A stretch of DNA of 64,000 nt from Burkholderiales bacterium (GCA_038324085.1 JBBQHP010000013.1:30276-94275); one strand, 5' to 3'. Shown: positions 35,749-45,700, numbered from the stretch's first letter. The notes: a model not told the origin generated them from the sequence alone. Program-made: numbers and translations.

Positions 35749-36608
35749 CGCGGTTTGCCCTCGTAGCGGTACCAGCCGCGGCCGGCTTTCCTGCCGTTGT
35801 AGCCCGCCTGCACCATCTGCTTGAGCAGCGGTCGCGGGCGGAAGCGCTCGCCGTAGGCGTCCTGCAGGATCTCCTGCACCTGCAGGCTGAGCTTGTTGGT
35901 GACGACATCGCAGAGCTCGAACGGCCCGACCGGATGACCCAGGCCGAGCTTGCATGCGAGATCGACCTCCTCCGGCGTGCACACCCCCTCCTCCACCAGC
36001 CGGACGGCTTCGATCATGAACGCGTGCAGCACGCGATTGACCGCGAAGCCCACGACGTCCTTCACCCGGATCGGCACCTTGCCGATGGCGCGGCAATAGT
36101 CCATCAGCGCACCCACGGTGTCCTCGCCGGTGTCGATCCCCGGAATCACTTCCACCAGCTTCATGCGCGATACCGGCGAGAAGTAGTGCGTGCCCACGAA
36201 AAGCGCGCGGCGTTCGGGACTCAGGTACGAGGCGAGCGCGGTGATGGAGATCGTCGAGGTATTGCTCGCGATCAGGGCATCGGGCCGGCAGACGCGCTCG
36301 AGCGTGCGAAAGATGCCGGCCTTCACTTCTTCGGACTCGAACACTGCTTCGGTCACCAGATCGCAATCGGCGAATCGCGCCAGTTCGGTCGTGGTGGCGA
36401 TCCGCTCCAGCGTCTCGTGCTTCTGACCTTCGCGGTAGAAGCCGCGTTGCAGGCCCTTGTCCAACACCTTGCCGAGATTCTCCAGCGCGCGGGCGAGCTG
36501 TTCGTCGCTCGTGTCCGCCAGCACCACCTGCTTGCCGGCGAGCGCCGCCACCAGGGCGATCTCCGCTCCCATGAGCCCGGCGCCCACGACGCCCACCTTA
36601 TCGATCAT
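35745..36608 (-). CDS. 3-hydroxyacyl-CoA (3-hydroxybutyryl-CoA) dehydrogenase
   Basis: VGVVGAGLMGAEIA is a Rossmann motif. SNTSTISIT and GFAVNRVL are also present. Confidence 0.9.
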   Translation of the reverse strand: MIDKVGVVGAGLMGAEIALVAALAGKQVVLADTSDEQLARALENLGKVLDKGLQRGFYREGQKHETLERIATTTELARFADCDLVTEAVFESEEVKAGIFRTLERVCRPDALIASNTSTISITALASYLSPERRALFVGTHYFSPVSRMKLVEVIPGIDTGEDTVGALMDYCRAIGKVPIRVKDVVGFAVNRVLHAFMIEAVRLVEEGVCTPEEVDLACKLGLGHPVGPFELCDVVTNKLSLQVQEILQDAYGERFRPRPLLKQMVQAGYNGRKAGRGWYRYEGKPR

Positions 36609-36766
36609 CGATCACCCCTGGAGGTCGAGAAGAATCAACGGCAGCGCACGCGCCGGAACGCCCACAATCGGCGCCGTGCCCGCCGGGTTTCGTACCGTGT
36701 CGGCCCGTGTGCTCAGCGAAGCCTTGCGTGATCCTGCGCGTCCTTCGCGCTGCAGCGTCGCGCTGC

Positions 36767-37960
36767 TCAAATCTGCTTCCACTTCGCCCGCGGGCGCTCG
36801 AACACCGCCAGCTCCACCGGCTTCGCCGAACCGGCAGCGGCAAAGCGATCGAGATGATGATCGGCGTCGCCGAACTGGGTGTCGATCGCGGTCAGCCGCT
36901 TCACGTAGTGGCTCACGTTCAATTCGTCGGTCATGCCCATGCCGCCATGTAACTGGATTGCCTGCTGGGCGACGTAGCGTCCGGCACGCCCGATCAGTTC
37001 CTTCGCGGCCGAAACGGCCTTGCGCCGTTCCACCGCGTCTGCCGAATCGACCCGAACCGCCGCCAGCAGCGCCATGGATCTGGCCTGCTCGCAGTTGATC
37101 AGCATCTCGACCATGCGATGCTGCAGCGCCTGGAAGCGTCCGATCGGCACACCGAACTGTTGCCGCGTCTTGAGGTACTCGAGCGTCGCATCGTGCAGCG
37201 CACCCATGCACCCCACCGCCTCGGCGCACAGGCCGGCGATCGCGCGATCGGTGATCAGTTCGATCAGCGGCAGCCCGAGATCGAGGGGGCCGATCAGCGA
37301 GTCCCCGCTCACCGCCACGTTCGTGAACCCGATCTCCGCGGCCCGGTTGCCGTCGTAAGTGGGGTATTCGCGCCCGCTCACGCCTTCCTCGCCGGGATTC
37401 ACGAAGAACAGGCTGATGCCCATTTCGTCGCCGGTGGCCCCCGCCGTGCGCGCGGATACGATCAGCAGGTCTGCGCTGGCGCCGTGCATGACCACGGACT
37501 TGCTGCCGTCGAGCACCCATTGCCCGCCCTGCATGCGCGCGGTCGTCTCGACATGATGGAGATCGTAGCGCCCGCCGGACTCGGTGAAGGCGCAGGCGAG
37601 GCGCATGGAACCGTCCATGATCGCCGGCAGCAGGTACCGCTTCTGCTCGTCGGAGCCGGCCGTGGCGATGCCGCCCGCCGCCATGACCACCGTGGCGAGA
37701 TAGGGTTCGACCACGAGATGGCGGCCGAACGCCTCCATCACGATCATGGTCTCGATGCCGCCGCCGCCGAACCCATCGAAGTCCTCCGGAACCGGCACGC
37801 CCAGCAGGCCCAGGCCCGCCAGCCCTTCCCACACCGCCGGGCTGTAGCCGGTACGCGCCGCGATGATCTCTTTGCGGGCGGCGAACGCATAGTTCTTCTC
37901 GAGGAACTTCGCGACCGAATCCTCGAGCAGCTGCTGTTCTTCCGTGTAGTCGAAGTCCAC
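36767..37960 (-). CDS. acyl-CoA dehydrogenase family protein (degenerate C-terminal catalytic motif)
   Basis: Has the ACAD fold pattern throughout. The C-terminal region reads AIDTQFGDADHH where MCAD-type enzymes have IYEGTxxIQ. GTG start lies 3 nt after the upstream stop. Confidence 0.85.
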   Translation of the reverse strand: MDFDYTEEQQLLEDSVAKFLEKNYAFAARKEIIAARTGYSPAVWEGLAGLGLLGVPVPEDFDGFGGGGIETMIVMEAFGRHLVVEPYLATVVMAAGGIATAGSDEQKRYLLPAIMDGSMRLACAFTESGGRYDLHHVETTARMQGGQWVLDGSKSVVMHGASADLLIVSARTAGATGDEMGISLFFVNPGEEGVSGREYPTYDGNRAAEIGFTNVAVSGDSLIGPLDLGLPLIELITDRAIAGLCAEAVGCMGALHDATLEYLKTRQQFGVPIGRFQALQHRMVEMLINCEQARSMALLAAVRVDSADAVERRKAVSAAKELIGRAGRYVAQQAIQLHGGMGMTDELNVSHYVKRLTAIDTQFGDADHHLDRFAAAGSAKPVELAVFERPRAKWKQI

Positions 37961-37963
37961 GAT

Positions 37964-39160
37964 TCAGAGCCCCAGGATCATCTGCGAAACGATGTTGCGC
38001 TGGATCTCGTTCGAACCGCCGTAGATCGAGACCTTGCGGAAATTGAGATAGCGGGCGGCGAGCGGCGCGGCATATTCCGGGCCGACTCTCGCGCCGAGCC
38101 AGTGGTCACCCCAGGAATCGGGCAGGAACGGCAACGCCCAGGGACCCACGGCTTCCATCATCAGTTCGGTCAGCGCCTGCTGGATCTCCGTCCCCTTGAT
38201 CTTGAGGATCGAGGCTTCCGGCCCCGGGGGCCTGCCCTGCCGGTCTGCCGCCAGCACGCGCAGCACGGTGATCTCGAGCGCCATGAGATCGATCTCGACG
38301 CGGGCGACCCGATCGCTGAAGCGCACGTTGTCCAGCAAGGGCCGGCCGCCGGCTTGTTCCTGCCCGGCGATGTGCTTCAGGTACAGGAGTTCGCGCTTGG
38401 AACGCGACACGGCGGCGATGCCGGTGCGTTCGTGCGACAGGAGGAACTTGGCGTAGGTCCAGCCGCGCCCTTCCTCGCCGACCAGGTTCTCGGCCGGGAC
38501 CTTCACGTCCTCGAGCCAGACCTCGTTCACTTCGTGTTCGCCGTCCAGGGTGATGATCGGTCGCACCGTGACGCCCGGCGTGCGCATGTCGATCAGCAGG
38601 AACGAGATGCCGTCCTGCTTCTTGCCTTCGCTCGACGTGCGCACCAGGCAGAACATCATGTCGGCGTACTGGGCGAGCGTGGTCCAGGTCTTCTGCCCGT
38701 TGACGACATAGTGATCGCCCTGTCGTTCGGCGCGGGTCTTGAGCGACGCCAGATCGGAGCCGGAGCCCGGTTCCGAATAGCCCTGGCACCACCAATCCTC
38801 GGACGAGCGGATGCGCGGCAGATAGCGTTCCTTCTGCCAGGGATGGCCGAAGGCCATGATCACCGGCCCCACCATCGACACGCCGAACGCGATCACGGGA
38901 GGTGCCCCTGCCGCCGCGCACTCTTCTTCGAAGATGTGGCGTTCCACCGGGTTCCATCCGGTGCCGCCGTGCTCGACCGGCCAGCCCGGCGCGATCCAGC
39001 CCTGGCGGTACAGGATCTGCTGCCAGGTGACGTAATCGTCCTTGCCGAGCCGCTTGTGCTCGATCACCTTGCGCGCGATCGCGGGTGGTAGATTGGCGCG
39101 CACGAAGGCACGTACTTCGTCCTGGAAAGCGAGCTCGCGCGGCGTGTAGTTGAGATCCAT
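37964..39160 (-). CDS. acyl-CoA dehydrogenase
   Basis: Motifs present: WCQGYSEPGSGSD, GQKTWTT and IYGGSNEIQRNIV. Confidence 0.9.
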   Translation of the reverse strand: MDLNYTPRELAFQDEVRAFVRANLPPAIARKVIEHKRLGKDDYVTWQQILYRQGWIAPGWPVEHGGTGWNPVERHIFEEECAAAGAPPVIAFGVSMVGPVIMAFGHPWQKERYLPRIRSSEDWWCQGYSEPGSGSDLASLKTRAERQGDHYVVNGQKTWTTLAQYADMMFCLVRTSSEGKKQDGISFLLIDMRTPGVTVRPIITLDGEHEVNEVWLEDVKVPAENLVGEEGRGWTYAKFLLSHERTGIAAVSRSKRELLYLKHIAGQEQAGGRPLLDNVRFSDRVARVEIDLMALEITVLRVLAADRQGRPPGPEASILKIKGTEIQQALTELMMEAVGPWALPFLPDSWGDHWLGARVGPEYAAPLAARYLNFRKVSIYGGSNEIQRNIVSQMILGL

Positions 39161-39187
39161 TCGATCCGTCCTTCGATTGCGGCCGGT

Positions 39188-40108
39188 TCAGGCCGCCTTG
39201 GCGAGCACGAAACCGGCTCTCGGAAAATGCACGTTGACCTCGCCGACGGCCGGTTCCGCGCGGCGCAGCACCACGGTCTGGGCATTCATCGACACGATCG
39301 TGCCCGCCACCGGGTCCTTGCCGTAGTCGTCGGCTGCCACCGTGACCGGCACCCCGGCAACGAATCCGTCCGGGGCCTCGGGGTGGCCGAGCTGCACCGC
39401 CTCCGGCGCGGTGCCGTGGGCGATGCGCAACGCCTCTTTCGCATCGAGTTCGGTCGGCCGACCGTGGCCGAAAGCGGTCATGCGCTCGAACCAGGCGCGC
39501 GTACGAGGCATGTCGTCCAGCATCTTCAGTTCCGGCACGCGACCCTGGACCATCCACACCGGCGAATAGCAACAGAAGTCGGCCCACGTCGGCATGGGTC
39601 CGAGCAGGAACGGCCGGCCATCGTCGAACGCCCGCTCGATCCAGAACAGATGAGCACGCAACTGCGAACGCAGTTGCGGCTGCTCGCTCTGGTAGCGGTC
39701 GAGATCCATGACGCCACCGGAGAACCTGAGCCGATCCTCGCGCAGATCCTTCGGCACCATGTTGCCCAAGGTCCCGAACACGACGCCGACGACGTCGAAG
39801 AACAGCGTCCGGTCCGCCCAGGCACCGAGCATGGTGGCCACGCCGTGGCTGTCGTCCGGAAACAGCGATGGCGCGGGATGGCGCTGTTCCAGCTCGCGCG
39901 CGATGCACGACGAATCGCAGTAGACGTCCGCCCCGATCTGCATCACGGGCGTCTTGCGGTAGCCCCCGGTGAGCGGGAGCAGATCCGGCTTGGGCAGCAC
40001 GCGCGGAATCTGCACCGATCGCCAGTCGAGACCCTTGAAACCGAGAATCAGCCGGATCTTCTCGGCGAAGGGGGAATTCGGGTAGTTGTGCAGGATCAGT
40101 TCGGTCAT
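39188..40108 (-). CDS. glutathione S-transferase family protein with C-terminal extension of about 80 aa
   Basis: The N-terminal thioredoxin-like region is LILHNYPNSPFAEKIRLILGFKGL...KTPVMQIG. ATG at 40108. Confidence 0.8.
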   Translation of the reverse strand: MTELILHNYPNSPFAEKIRLILGFKGLDWRSVQIPRVLPKPDLLPLTGGYRKTPVMQIGADVYCDSSCIARELEQRHPAPSLFPDDSHGVATMLGAWADRTLFFDVVGVVFGTLGNMVPKDLREDRLRFSGGVMDLDRYQSEQPQLRSQLRAHLFWIERAFDDGRPFLLGPMPTWADFCCYSPVWMVQGRVPELKMLDDMPRTRAWFERMTAFGHGRPTELDAKEALRIAHGTAPEAVQLGHPEAPDGFVAGVPVTVAADDYGKDPVAGTIVSMNAQTVVLRRAEPAVGEVNVHFPRAGFVLAKAA

Positions 40109-40214
40109 GACGCGCCGCGCAATCGGAAATCCGGCCCTTCCGGGGTGACTGCGCACTTTAAGTGAGATGGCCGGGCCGAGGCAAACCGCGGTGGCTCGAC
40201 GCGCCGGCCCAGCC

Positions 40215-40220
40215 TATAAT
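40215..40220 (+). promoter_or_regulatory. perfect TATAAT -10 box upstream of the transaminase operon
   Basis: TATAAT lies 45 nt upstream of the ATG at 40265 in otherwise GC-rich DNA. The -35 region (TGGCTC, 17-nt spacing) is weak. Confidence 0.3.
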
Positions 40221-40264
40221 TTCAACATCTTGATACATTCCGCGGCACACCCCAGGGAGAGACC

Positions 40265-41605
40265 ATGAACATTCGCGACATCAAGCCCGAGACGCTTGCC
40301 GACATCAACATGGATCCGCTCTGGCTGCCGTTCACGCCGAACCGCCAGTTCAAGGCCCAGCCGCGACTCCTGGTCTCGGCCAAGGACATGCACTACACCG
40401 CCATCGACGGTCGCCAGATCCTCGATGGCATCGCCGGCCTCTGGGCGGTGAACGGCGGGCATTGCCGCGCCCCCATCGTCGACGCCATCAAGCGCCAGGC
40501 CGAGAACGTCGACTACGTCACCGGCTTCCAGATGCACCATCCGGCCGCGTTCGTCGCGGCGGAGCGGCTGGTCCGCATCACGCCCGAGGGCATGGGTCAC
40601 GCCTTTTTCGTGAACTCGGGCTCCGAGGCCGTGGACACCGCGCTCAAGATCGCCCTCGCCTACCACCGTGCCCGCGGCGAAGGCACCCGCACCCGTCTCA
40701 TCGGACGCGAACGCGGCTACCACGGGGTCGGCTTCGGCGGCATCTCGGTCGGAGGGATGGTCGCCAACCGACGTGTGTTCGCCGGCGCGCTGCTGCCGAA
40801 CGTGGATCACCTGCCCCATACCCACCTGCCGGAGAACGCCTTCTCCCGGGGCCAGCCGGAGCACGGCGCTCACCTCGCCGACAATCTCGAGAGCCTGGTG
40901 ACGTTGCACGGCGCCGAGAACATTGCCGCCGTCATCGTCGAACCCATGGCCGGCTCGACCGGCGTGCTGGTACCGCCGAAGGGTTATCTGCAGAAGCTGC
41001 GCGCGATCTGCGACCGGCACGGCATCCTGCTGATCTTCGACGAAGTCATCACGGGGTTCGGCCGCACCGGCAAGGCGTTCGCCGCGCAGACCTTCGGCGT
41101 GACGCCGGACCTGATCACGTGCGCGAAGGCGCTGACCAACGCCTCGGTGCCGATGGGCGCGGTGGTCGTGAAGGACGGGATCTACGAGACCTTCATGAAC
41201 GGCCCCGCCAACGTGATCGAGTTCTATCACGGCTACACCTATTCCGGCCACCCGCTGGCGGCTGCCGCCGCGATCGCGACGCTCGATCTGTTCGCCGAAG
41301 AGAAGCTGTTCGAGCGCGGCGAAGCGATGTCGCCCTATCTGGCGGATGCGGGGCATGCGATGAAAGACCTGCCGCACGTGATCGACATCCGCAACATCGG
41401 CATGGTCTGCGCCATTGAACTGGAATCCATCCCTGGCAAGGTCGGCGCACGCGCCTACGAAGCCTTCTTGCGTGCCTACGAAAAGGGCGTGCTGGTCCGC
41501 ACCGCGGGCGACACCATCGCCGTCTCGCCGCCGCTCGTGATCGAGAAGGGACAGATCGACCAGATCTTCGACACGTTGCGCGACGTGCTGACGACGCTCG
41601 CGTGA
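40265..41605 (+). CDS. omega-amino acid (beta-alanine)--pyruvate aminotransferase
   Basis: LWLPFTPNRQF...GLWAVNGGH...GSEAVDTALK...IFDEVITGFGRTG...TCAKALTN is close to Pseudomonas BauA-type class-III transaminases as I recall them. Confidence 0.9.
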   Translation: MNIRDIKPETLADINMDPLWLPFTPNRQFKAQPRLLVSAKDMHYTAIDGRQILDGIAGLWAVNGGHCRAPIVDAIKRQAENVDYVTGFQMHHPAAFVAAERLVRITPEGMGHAFFVNSGSEAVDTALKIALAYHRARGEGTRTRLIGRERGYHGVGFGGISVGGMVANRRVFAGALLPNVDHLPHTHLPENAFSRGQPEHGAHLADNLESLVTLHGAENIAAVIVEPMAGSTGVLVPPKGYLQKLRAICDRHGILLIFDEVITGFGRTGKAFAAQTFGVTPDLITCAKALTNASVPMGAVVVKDGIYETFMNGPANVIEFYHGYTYSGHPLAAAAAIATLDLFAEEKLFERGEAMSPYLADAGHAMKDLPHVIDIRNIGMVCAIELESIPGKVGARAYEAFLRAYEKGVLVRTAGDTIAVSPPLVIEKGQIDQIFDTLRDVLTTLA

Positions 41606-41711
41606 TCCCGGAGCGCCCGGCACCCGGCGCCCGGTCCAGCCAGTCGCGCAGCGCGGCACCGCACGCAATCACACTCGGGGCTTGTCGTCACCGGACAGCG
41701 CCCGCCGGGCG

Positions 41712-41736
41712 CCGACGAACCGTCGGGCCTTTGTTT
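41712..41736 (+). terminator. weak terminator/attenuator-like hairpin between transaminase and M81 genes
   Basis: CCGACG-aac-CGTCGG is followed 3 nt later by TTTGTTT. The stem is short, so this is only a candidate. Confidence 0.3.
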
Positions 41737-41765
41737 CGAGCCATGAACAGGCCATCTCACGCATC

Positions 41766-43259
41766 ATGAAATTCGTCATCGCCCAGATGCAGCACGAGAC
41801 CAATACGTTCTCGCCCGTGGCCACACCCTGGGAAGCCTTCGGCAAGGACGGACCGTACCTCGGCAAGGCCGCCATCAGCGCCATGCGCGGCACGCGCATG
41901 GCGGTCGGCGCATTCATCGACGTGGCGGAAGCTGCCGGCGCCGAGATCGTCCTGCCGGTAGCGGGGTACGCATCTCCCAGCGGACCGGTGGACGGCAAGG
42001 CCTTCGACCGTTTCTGCGAGCTGATCGTCGATGCCGTGAAGGCAGGCTGCGATGCGATCATGCTCGACCTGCACGGCGCCATGGTGGTCGCGGATCGCAC
42101 CGACGACGGCGAAGGCACGCTGCTCGCAAAGGTGCGGGCCGCCGCACCCGACACGCCCCTCGCCGTGTCGCTCGACCTGCATGCCAATGTGACCGAAGCG
42201 ATGGTGCGCAACTGCGACATCCTCACCGGCTACAAGACCTACCCGCACGTGGACATGTACGAATCGGGCGAACTGGCGGGCCGCATCCTGATGCGCATGC
42301 TGGCCGGGGAAGTGAAGCCGGTCATCGCGTTCGGCCAGCGCCCGCTGCTCGCGCAGACGCTGCGCATGTGCACCGAGGAGGCGCCGATGAAACGGTTCGT
42401 CGCCGCCGCGCGCGCGGCGGAAAAGAGGCAGGGCATGCTCGCCGCGACTGCGTTCGGCGGATTCCCCGCAGCGGATATCCGCGATGCCGGCATCAGCGCC
42501 GTCACCGTCGCCGACGGCAACCTGAAGAAAGCCACTGCCGCCTGCCAGCGCATGCTGGACATCGCCTGGTCGAGCAAGGAGGATTTCATCTACCAGGGCG
42601 AACCGCTCGACCAGGCCATCGCCAAGGCAAAACAGCTGGCGGCGGATCTCGGCGGCCCGATCCTGCTGCTGGATCATGCCGACAATTGCGCGTCGGGCGC
42701 GACGCAGGACACGATGCACGTGCTCAAGGCCGCGCTCGCGCAAGGCTTGACCGACATCGCCGTCGGACCGATCCGCGACCCGAAGACCGTTGCTTTCTGC
42801 GTGCAGGCCGGTGTCGGTGCCTACGTGCGCGTCAATCTCGGCGGCAAGGCGGACATGCCCCAGATCGGGGTCAAGGGCGAACCGCTCGCGCTCGCGGGCG
42901 TCGTGCGGGCCATCACCGACGGCGAGTACACCATCACCGGGCCGCAGTTGACCGGCGTGCGCTGTTACATGGGCCGCACCGTCGTGCTCGATACCGGCGC
43001 CGCCGAGATCGTCATCACGGAACGCAATCAGGAACCGTGGGACCGTGGCGTCTTCACCAGCGCGGGCATCGACCCGACGCGCAAGCGCTTCCTGCTGTTG
43101 AAATCGCGCATGTACTTTCGCCCCGTGTTCCTGCCGATCGCCAAGGGCGCCGTGCTGTGCGACGGCGTAGGTGTCGGTTCGTCGGACAATTCCATCTTCC
43201 GCTTCGAGAAACTGCGCCGACCGATGTATCCGCTCGACACCGACATCGCGCTGCCATGA
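41766..43259 (+). CDS. M81-family metallopeptidase (MlrC-like)
   Basis: The N-terminus [17 protein letters not shown] and LDLHGAMV are typical of the MlrC N-terminal domain. A C-terminal MlrC-like domain is present. Confidence 0.8.
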   Translation: MKFVIAQMQHETNTFSPVATPWEAFGKDGPYLGKAAISAMRGTRMAVGAFIDVAEAAGAEIVLPVAGYASPSGPVDGKAFDRFCELIVDAVKAGCDAIMLDLHGAMVVADRTDDGEGTLLAKVRAAAPDTPLAVSLDLHANVTEAMVRNCDILTGYKTYPHVDMYESGELAGRILMRMLAGEVKPVIAFGQRPLLAQTLRMCTEEAPMKRFVAAARAAEKRQGMLAATAFGGFPAADIRDAGISAVTVADGNLKKATAACQRMLDIAWSSKEDFIYQGEPLDQAIAKAKQLAADLGGPILLLDHADNCASGATQDTMHVLKAALAQGLTDIAVGPIRDPKTVAFCVQAGVGAYVRVNLGGKADMPQIGVKGEPLALAGVVRAITDGEYTITGPQLTGVRCYMGRTVVLDTGAAEIVITERNQEPWDRGVFTSAGIDPTRKRFLLLKSRMYFRPVFLPIAKGAVLCDGVGVGSSDNSIFRFEKLRRPMYPLDTDIALP

Positions 43260-43284
43260 ACGATTTTTCTTCCGAGACCCAGCC

Positions 43285-44808
43285 ATGAACAAACCGCTCG
43301 ACATCACCGCCCCCATCAAGGACATCCCGCATTTCGTGAACGGCCGCGAGGTTCATGGCGGCAGCGGACGCACCGCGGACGTCTTCAATCCGGCGCTCGG
43401 TCGCGTCATCGGCAAGGTGGCGCTCGCCTCGCACTCCGAAGTAGGTGCCGCGGTGCAGGCGGCGAAGGCTGCATTCCCGGCCTGGGCCGCAACCACGCCG
43501 CTCAAGCGGGCGCGCGTGATGTTCCGCTTCCGCGAACTGGCCGAAGCGCACCACGAACAGCTCGCCCGCATCATCACGACGGAGCACGGCAAGGTGCTCT
43601 CCGATGCCAAGGGCGAAGTGACCCGCGGCCTCGAGGTGGTCGAGTTCGCCTGCGGCATTCCGCAACTGCTGAAAGGCGAATACACAGAACAGATCGGCAC
43701 CGACATCGATTCCTGGTCGGTGCGCCAGCCATTGGGCGTATGCGTGGGCATCACCCCGTTCAATTTCCCCGCGATGGTGCCGCTGTGGATGTTCCCCATA
43801 GCGATCGCGTGCGGCAACAGCTTCGTGCTGAAGCCCTCCGAGCGCGACCCGTCGGCGAGCCTGTTGCTGGCGCGCCTGCTGAAGGACGCGGGCCTGCCGG
43901 ACGGCGTGTTCAACGTGATCCAGGGCGACAAGGTTGCGGTCGATGCCCTGCTGTCGCATCCGGATGTCGCCTCGGCCAGCTTCGTCGGTTCCACACCCAT
44001 CGCCAAATACGTCTACGAGACCGGCGCCCGCTACGGCAAGCGCGTCCAGGCCCTCGGCGGCGCGAAGAACCATCTCGTAGTGATGCCCGATGCCGACCTC
44101 GACCAGGCCGTCGATGCATTGATCGGCGCGGCCTACGGCTCGGCCGGCGAACGCTGCATGTCGATCTCGGTCGGCGTGGCCGTGGGCGACGTGGCCGACC
44201 GACTCGTGCCGCGGCTCGCCGAGCGTGCGAAAGCGCTCAAGATCACGCAGGGCACGGATGCCAGCGCCGAGATGGGCCCGCTGGTCACCCGCCAGCATCT
44301 CGACAAGGTCAAGGGCTACGTCGACAAGGGCGTGAGCGAAGGCGCCAAGCTGGTCGTCGATGGCCGCGGCTTCAAGGTGCCCGGTTGCGAGGACGGCTTC
44401 TTTCTCGGCGGCTGCCTGTTCGACGGCGTGCAGCCGGGCATGACCATCTATCGCGAAGAGATCTTCGGACCGGTGCTGTCGATCGTGCGCGTGCCGGACT
44501 TCGAAGCCGCGCTGGGGCTGGTCAACGCACACGAGTTCGGCAACGGCACCGCCATCTTCACCCGCGACGGCGATGCCGCGCGCGAATTCGCGATGCGCGC
44601 CCAGATCGGGATGGTCGGGGTCAACGTGCCGATCCCCGTGCCGATGGCCTTTCACAGCTTCGGCGGCTGGAAGCAGTCGCTGTTCGGCGATCATCACATG
44701 TACGGTCCCGAGGGCGTGCGCTTCTTCACCCGCATGAAGACCATCACCCAGCGCTGGCCCACCGGCATCCGCGCGGGATCGGAATTCTCCATGCCGACCA
44801 TGAAGTAG
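43285..44808 (+). CDS. mmsA: CoA-acylating methylmalonate/malonate-semialdehyde dehydrogenase
   Basis: [34 protein letters not shown] and GERCMS (catalytic Cys region) are characteristic of MmsA. Confidence 0.92.
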   Translation: MNKPLDITAPIKDIPHFVNGREVHGGSGRTADVFNPALGRVIGKVALASHSEVGAAVQAAKAAFPAWAATTPLKRARVMFRFRELAEAHHEQLARIITTEHGKVLSDAKGEVTRGLEVVEFACGIPQLLKGEYTEQIGTDIDSWSVRQPLGVCVGITPFNFPAMVPLWMFPIAIACGNSFVLKPSERDPSASLLLARLLKDAGLPDGVFNVIQGDKVAVDALLSHPDVASASFVGSTPIAKYVYETGARYGKRVQALGGAKNHLVVMPDADLDQAVDALIGAAYGSAGERCMSISVGVAVGDVADRLVPRLAERAKALKITQGTDASAEMGPLVTRQHLDKVKGYVDKGVSEGAKLVVDGRGFKVPGCEDGFFLGGCLFDGVQPGMTIYREEIFGPVLSIVRVPDFEAALGLVNAHEFGNGTAIFTRDGDAAREFAMRAQIGMVGVNVPIPVPMAFHSFGGWKQSLFGDHHMYGPEGVRFFTRMKTITQRWPTGIRAGSEFSMPTMK

Positions 44809-44828
44809 AGTCTCATCGGGAGCAAGCC

Positions 44829-45077
44829 ATGACTCGAACCGTCCCCGCATTGCTGGTGCTCGTGGGTGCCTGCCTCGCCGCCTGCAGCAGGAGCGAACCG
44901 CCGGCGCCGCCGCAGCCGGCCGCCGCAGCGTCCGACGATCGCGTCAAGAACGCCGACCAGCTGATGGCACCCGCCCGCCAGGGTGCGCAGACGCTCAACG
45001 CCGCCGACAAGCTCGACGATGTGTACAAGGCGCAGAAGGAAGCCACGGACAAGCAGGTGGAAGAGCAGACGAAATAG
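44829..45077 (+). CDS. small hypothetical lipoprotein
   Basis: MTRTVPALLVLVGACLAAC is a lipobox signal. The protein is 82 aa with a Lys/Glu-rich tail. No family recognised. Confidence 0.5.
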   Translation: MTRTVPALLVLVGACLAACSRSEPPAPPQPAAAASDDRVKNADQLMAPARQGAQTLNAADKLDDVYKAQKEATDKQVEEQTK

Positions 45078-45079
45078 CG

Positions 45080-45691
45080 ATGGCCCGCATCCTCGACGTC
45101 GCCCATCTGCGCCGGCTGATCGGCGAGCCCAGTGCGCAGGTCGCACACAAGATGCACAGTCGGCTGACGGCGTCCGCGCGCGAGTTCATCGCGCGTTCGC
45201 CGCTGTTCCTGCTCGGAACGGTCGACCAGAGCGGCCAGCCGATGGTATCGCCGAAGGGCGATCCGGCCGGGTTCGTCCACATCGAGGACGACGCCACCCT
45301 GCTGCTGCCCGAGCGCAAGGGCAACAAGCTCGTGTTCACGCTGACCAACGTGCTGGCCAACCCGCGCGTTGCATTGATCTTCCTCGTGCCGGGTACCGAC
45401 GAGACCCTGAGAGTCGAAGGCACGGCCGAATTGCTCGACGATTCCGAGTTGTGCCAGCGCTTCGTCGAACGCGATCGCCCCGCGTTGCTGGTCATGCGCA
45501 TCCGCATCAGCAACATCTATTTTCATTGTGCGAAAGCGTTCCTCCGCGCCGCCCTGTGGAATCCCGCGACCTGGTCCGGGCGCATTCGCATCAGTTTCGG
45601 CGCCGAGATCGCGGCCAACGGCGGCCTTGCGGCCGACGAGATCGCAGACTTCGACGCCGCGGTCCACGGACGGTACCGGACCGACCTGTGA
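45080..45691 (+). CDS. pyridoxamine 5'-phosphate oxidase-fold (FMN-binding split barrel) flavoprotein
   Basis: FLLGTVDQSGQPMVSPKGDPAGFV...NPRVALIFLVPG..ETLRVEG follows the PPOX-type pattern. Confidence 0.75.
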   Translation: MARILDVAHLRRLIGEPSAQVAHKMHSRLTASAREFIARSPLFLLGTVDQSGQPMVSPKGDPAGFVHIEDDATLLLPERKGNKLVFTLTNVLANPRVALIFLVPGTDETLRVEGTAELLDDSELCQRFVERDRPALLVMRIRISNIYFHCAKAFLRAALWNPATWSGRIRISFGAEIAANGGLAADEIADFDAAVHGRYRTDL

Positions 45692-45700
45692 TGGCGGCGC

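Noticed and set aside
36748-36757. Perfect 10-bp palindrome CGCTGCAGCG in the 158-nt ACAD / 3-hydroxyacyl-CoA dehydrogenase spacer, considered as a terminator.
   Set aside because: It leaves no loop for a hairpin and has no T-tract. It is more likely chance, or at most a protein-binding site.
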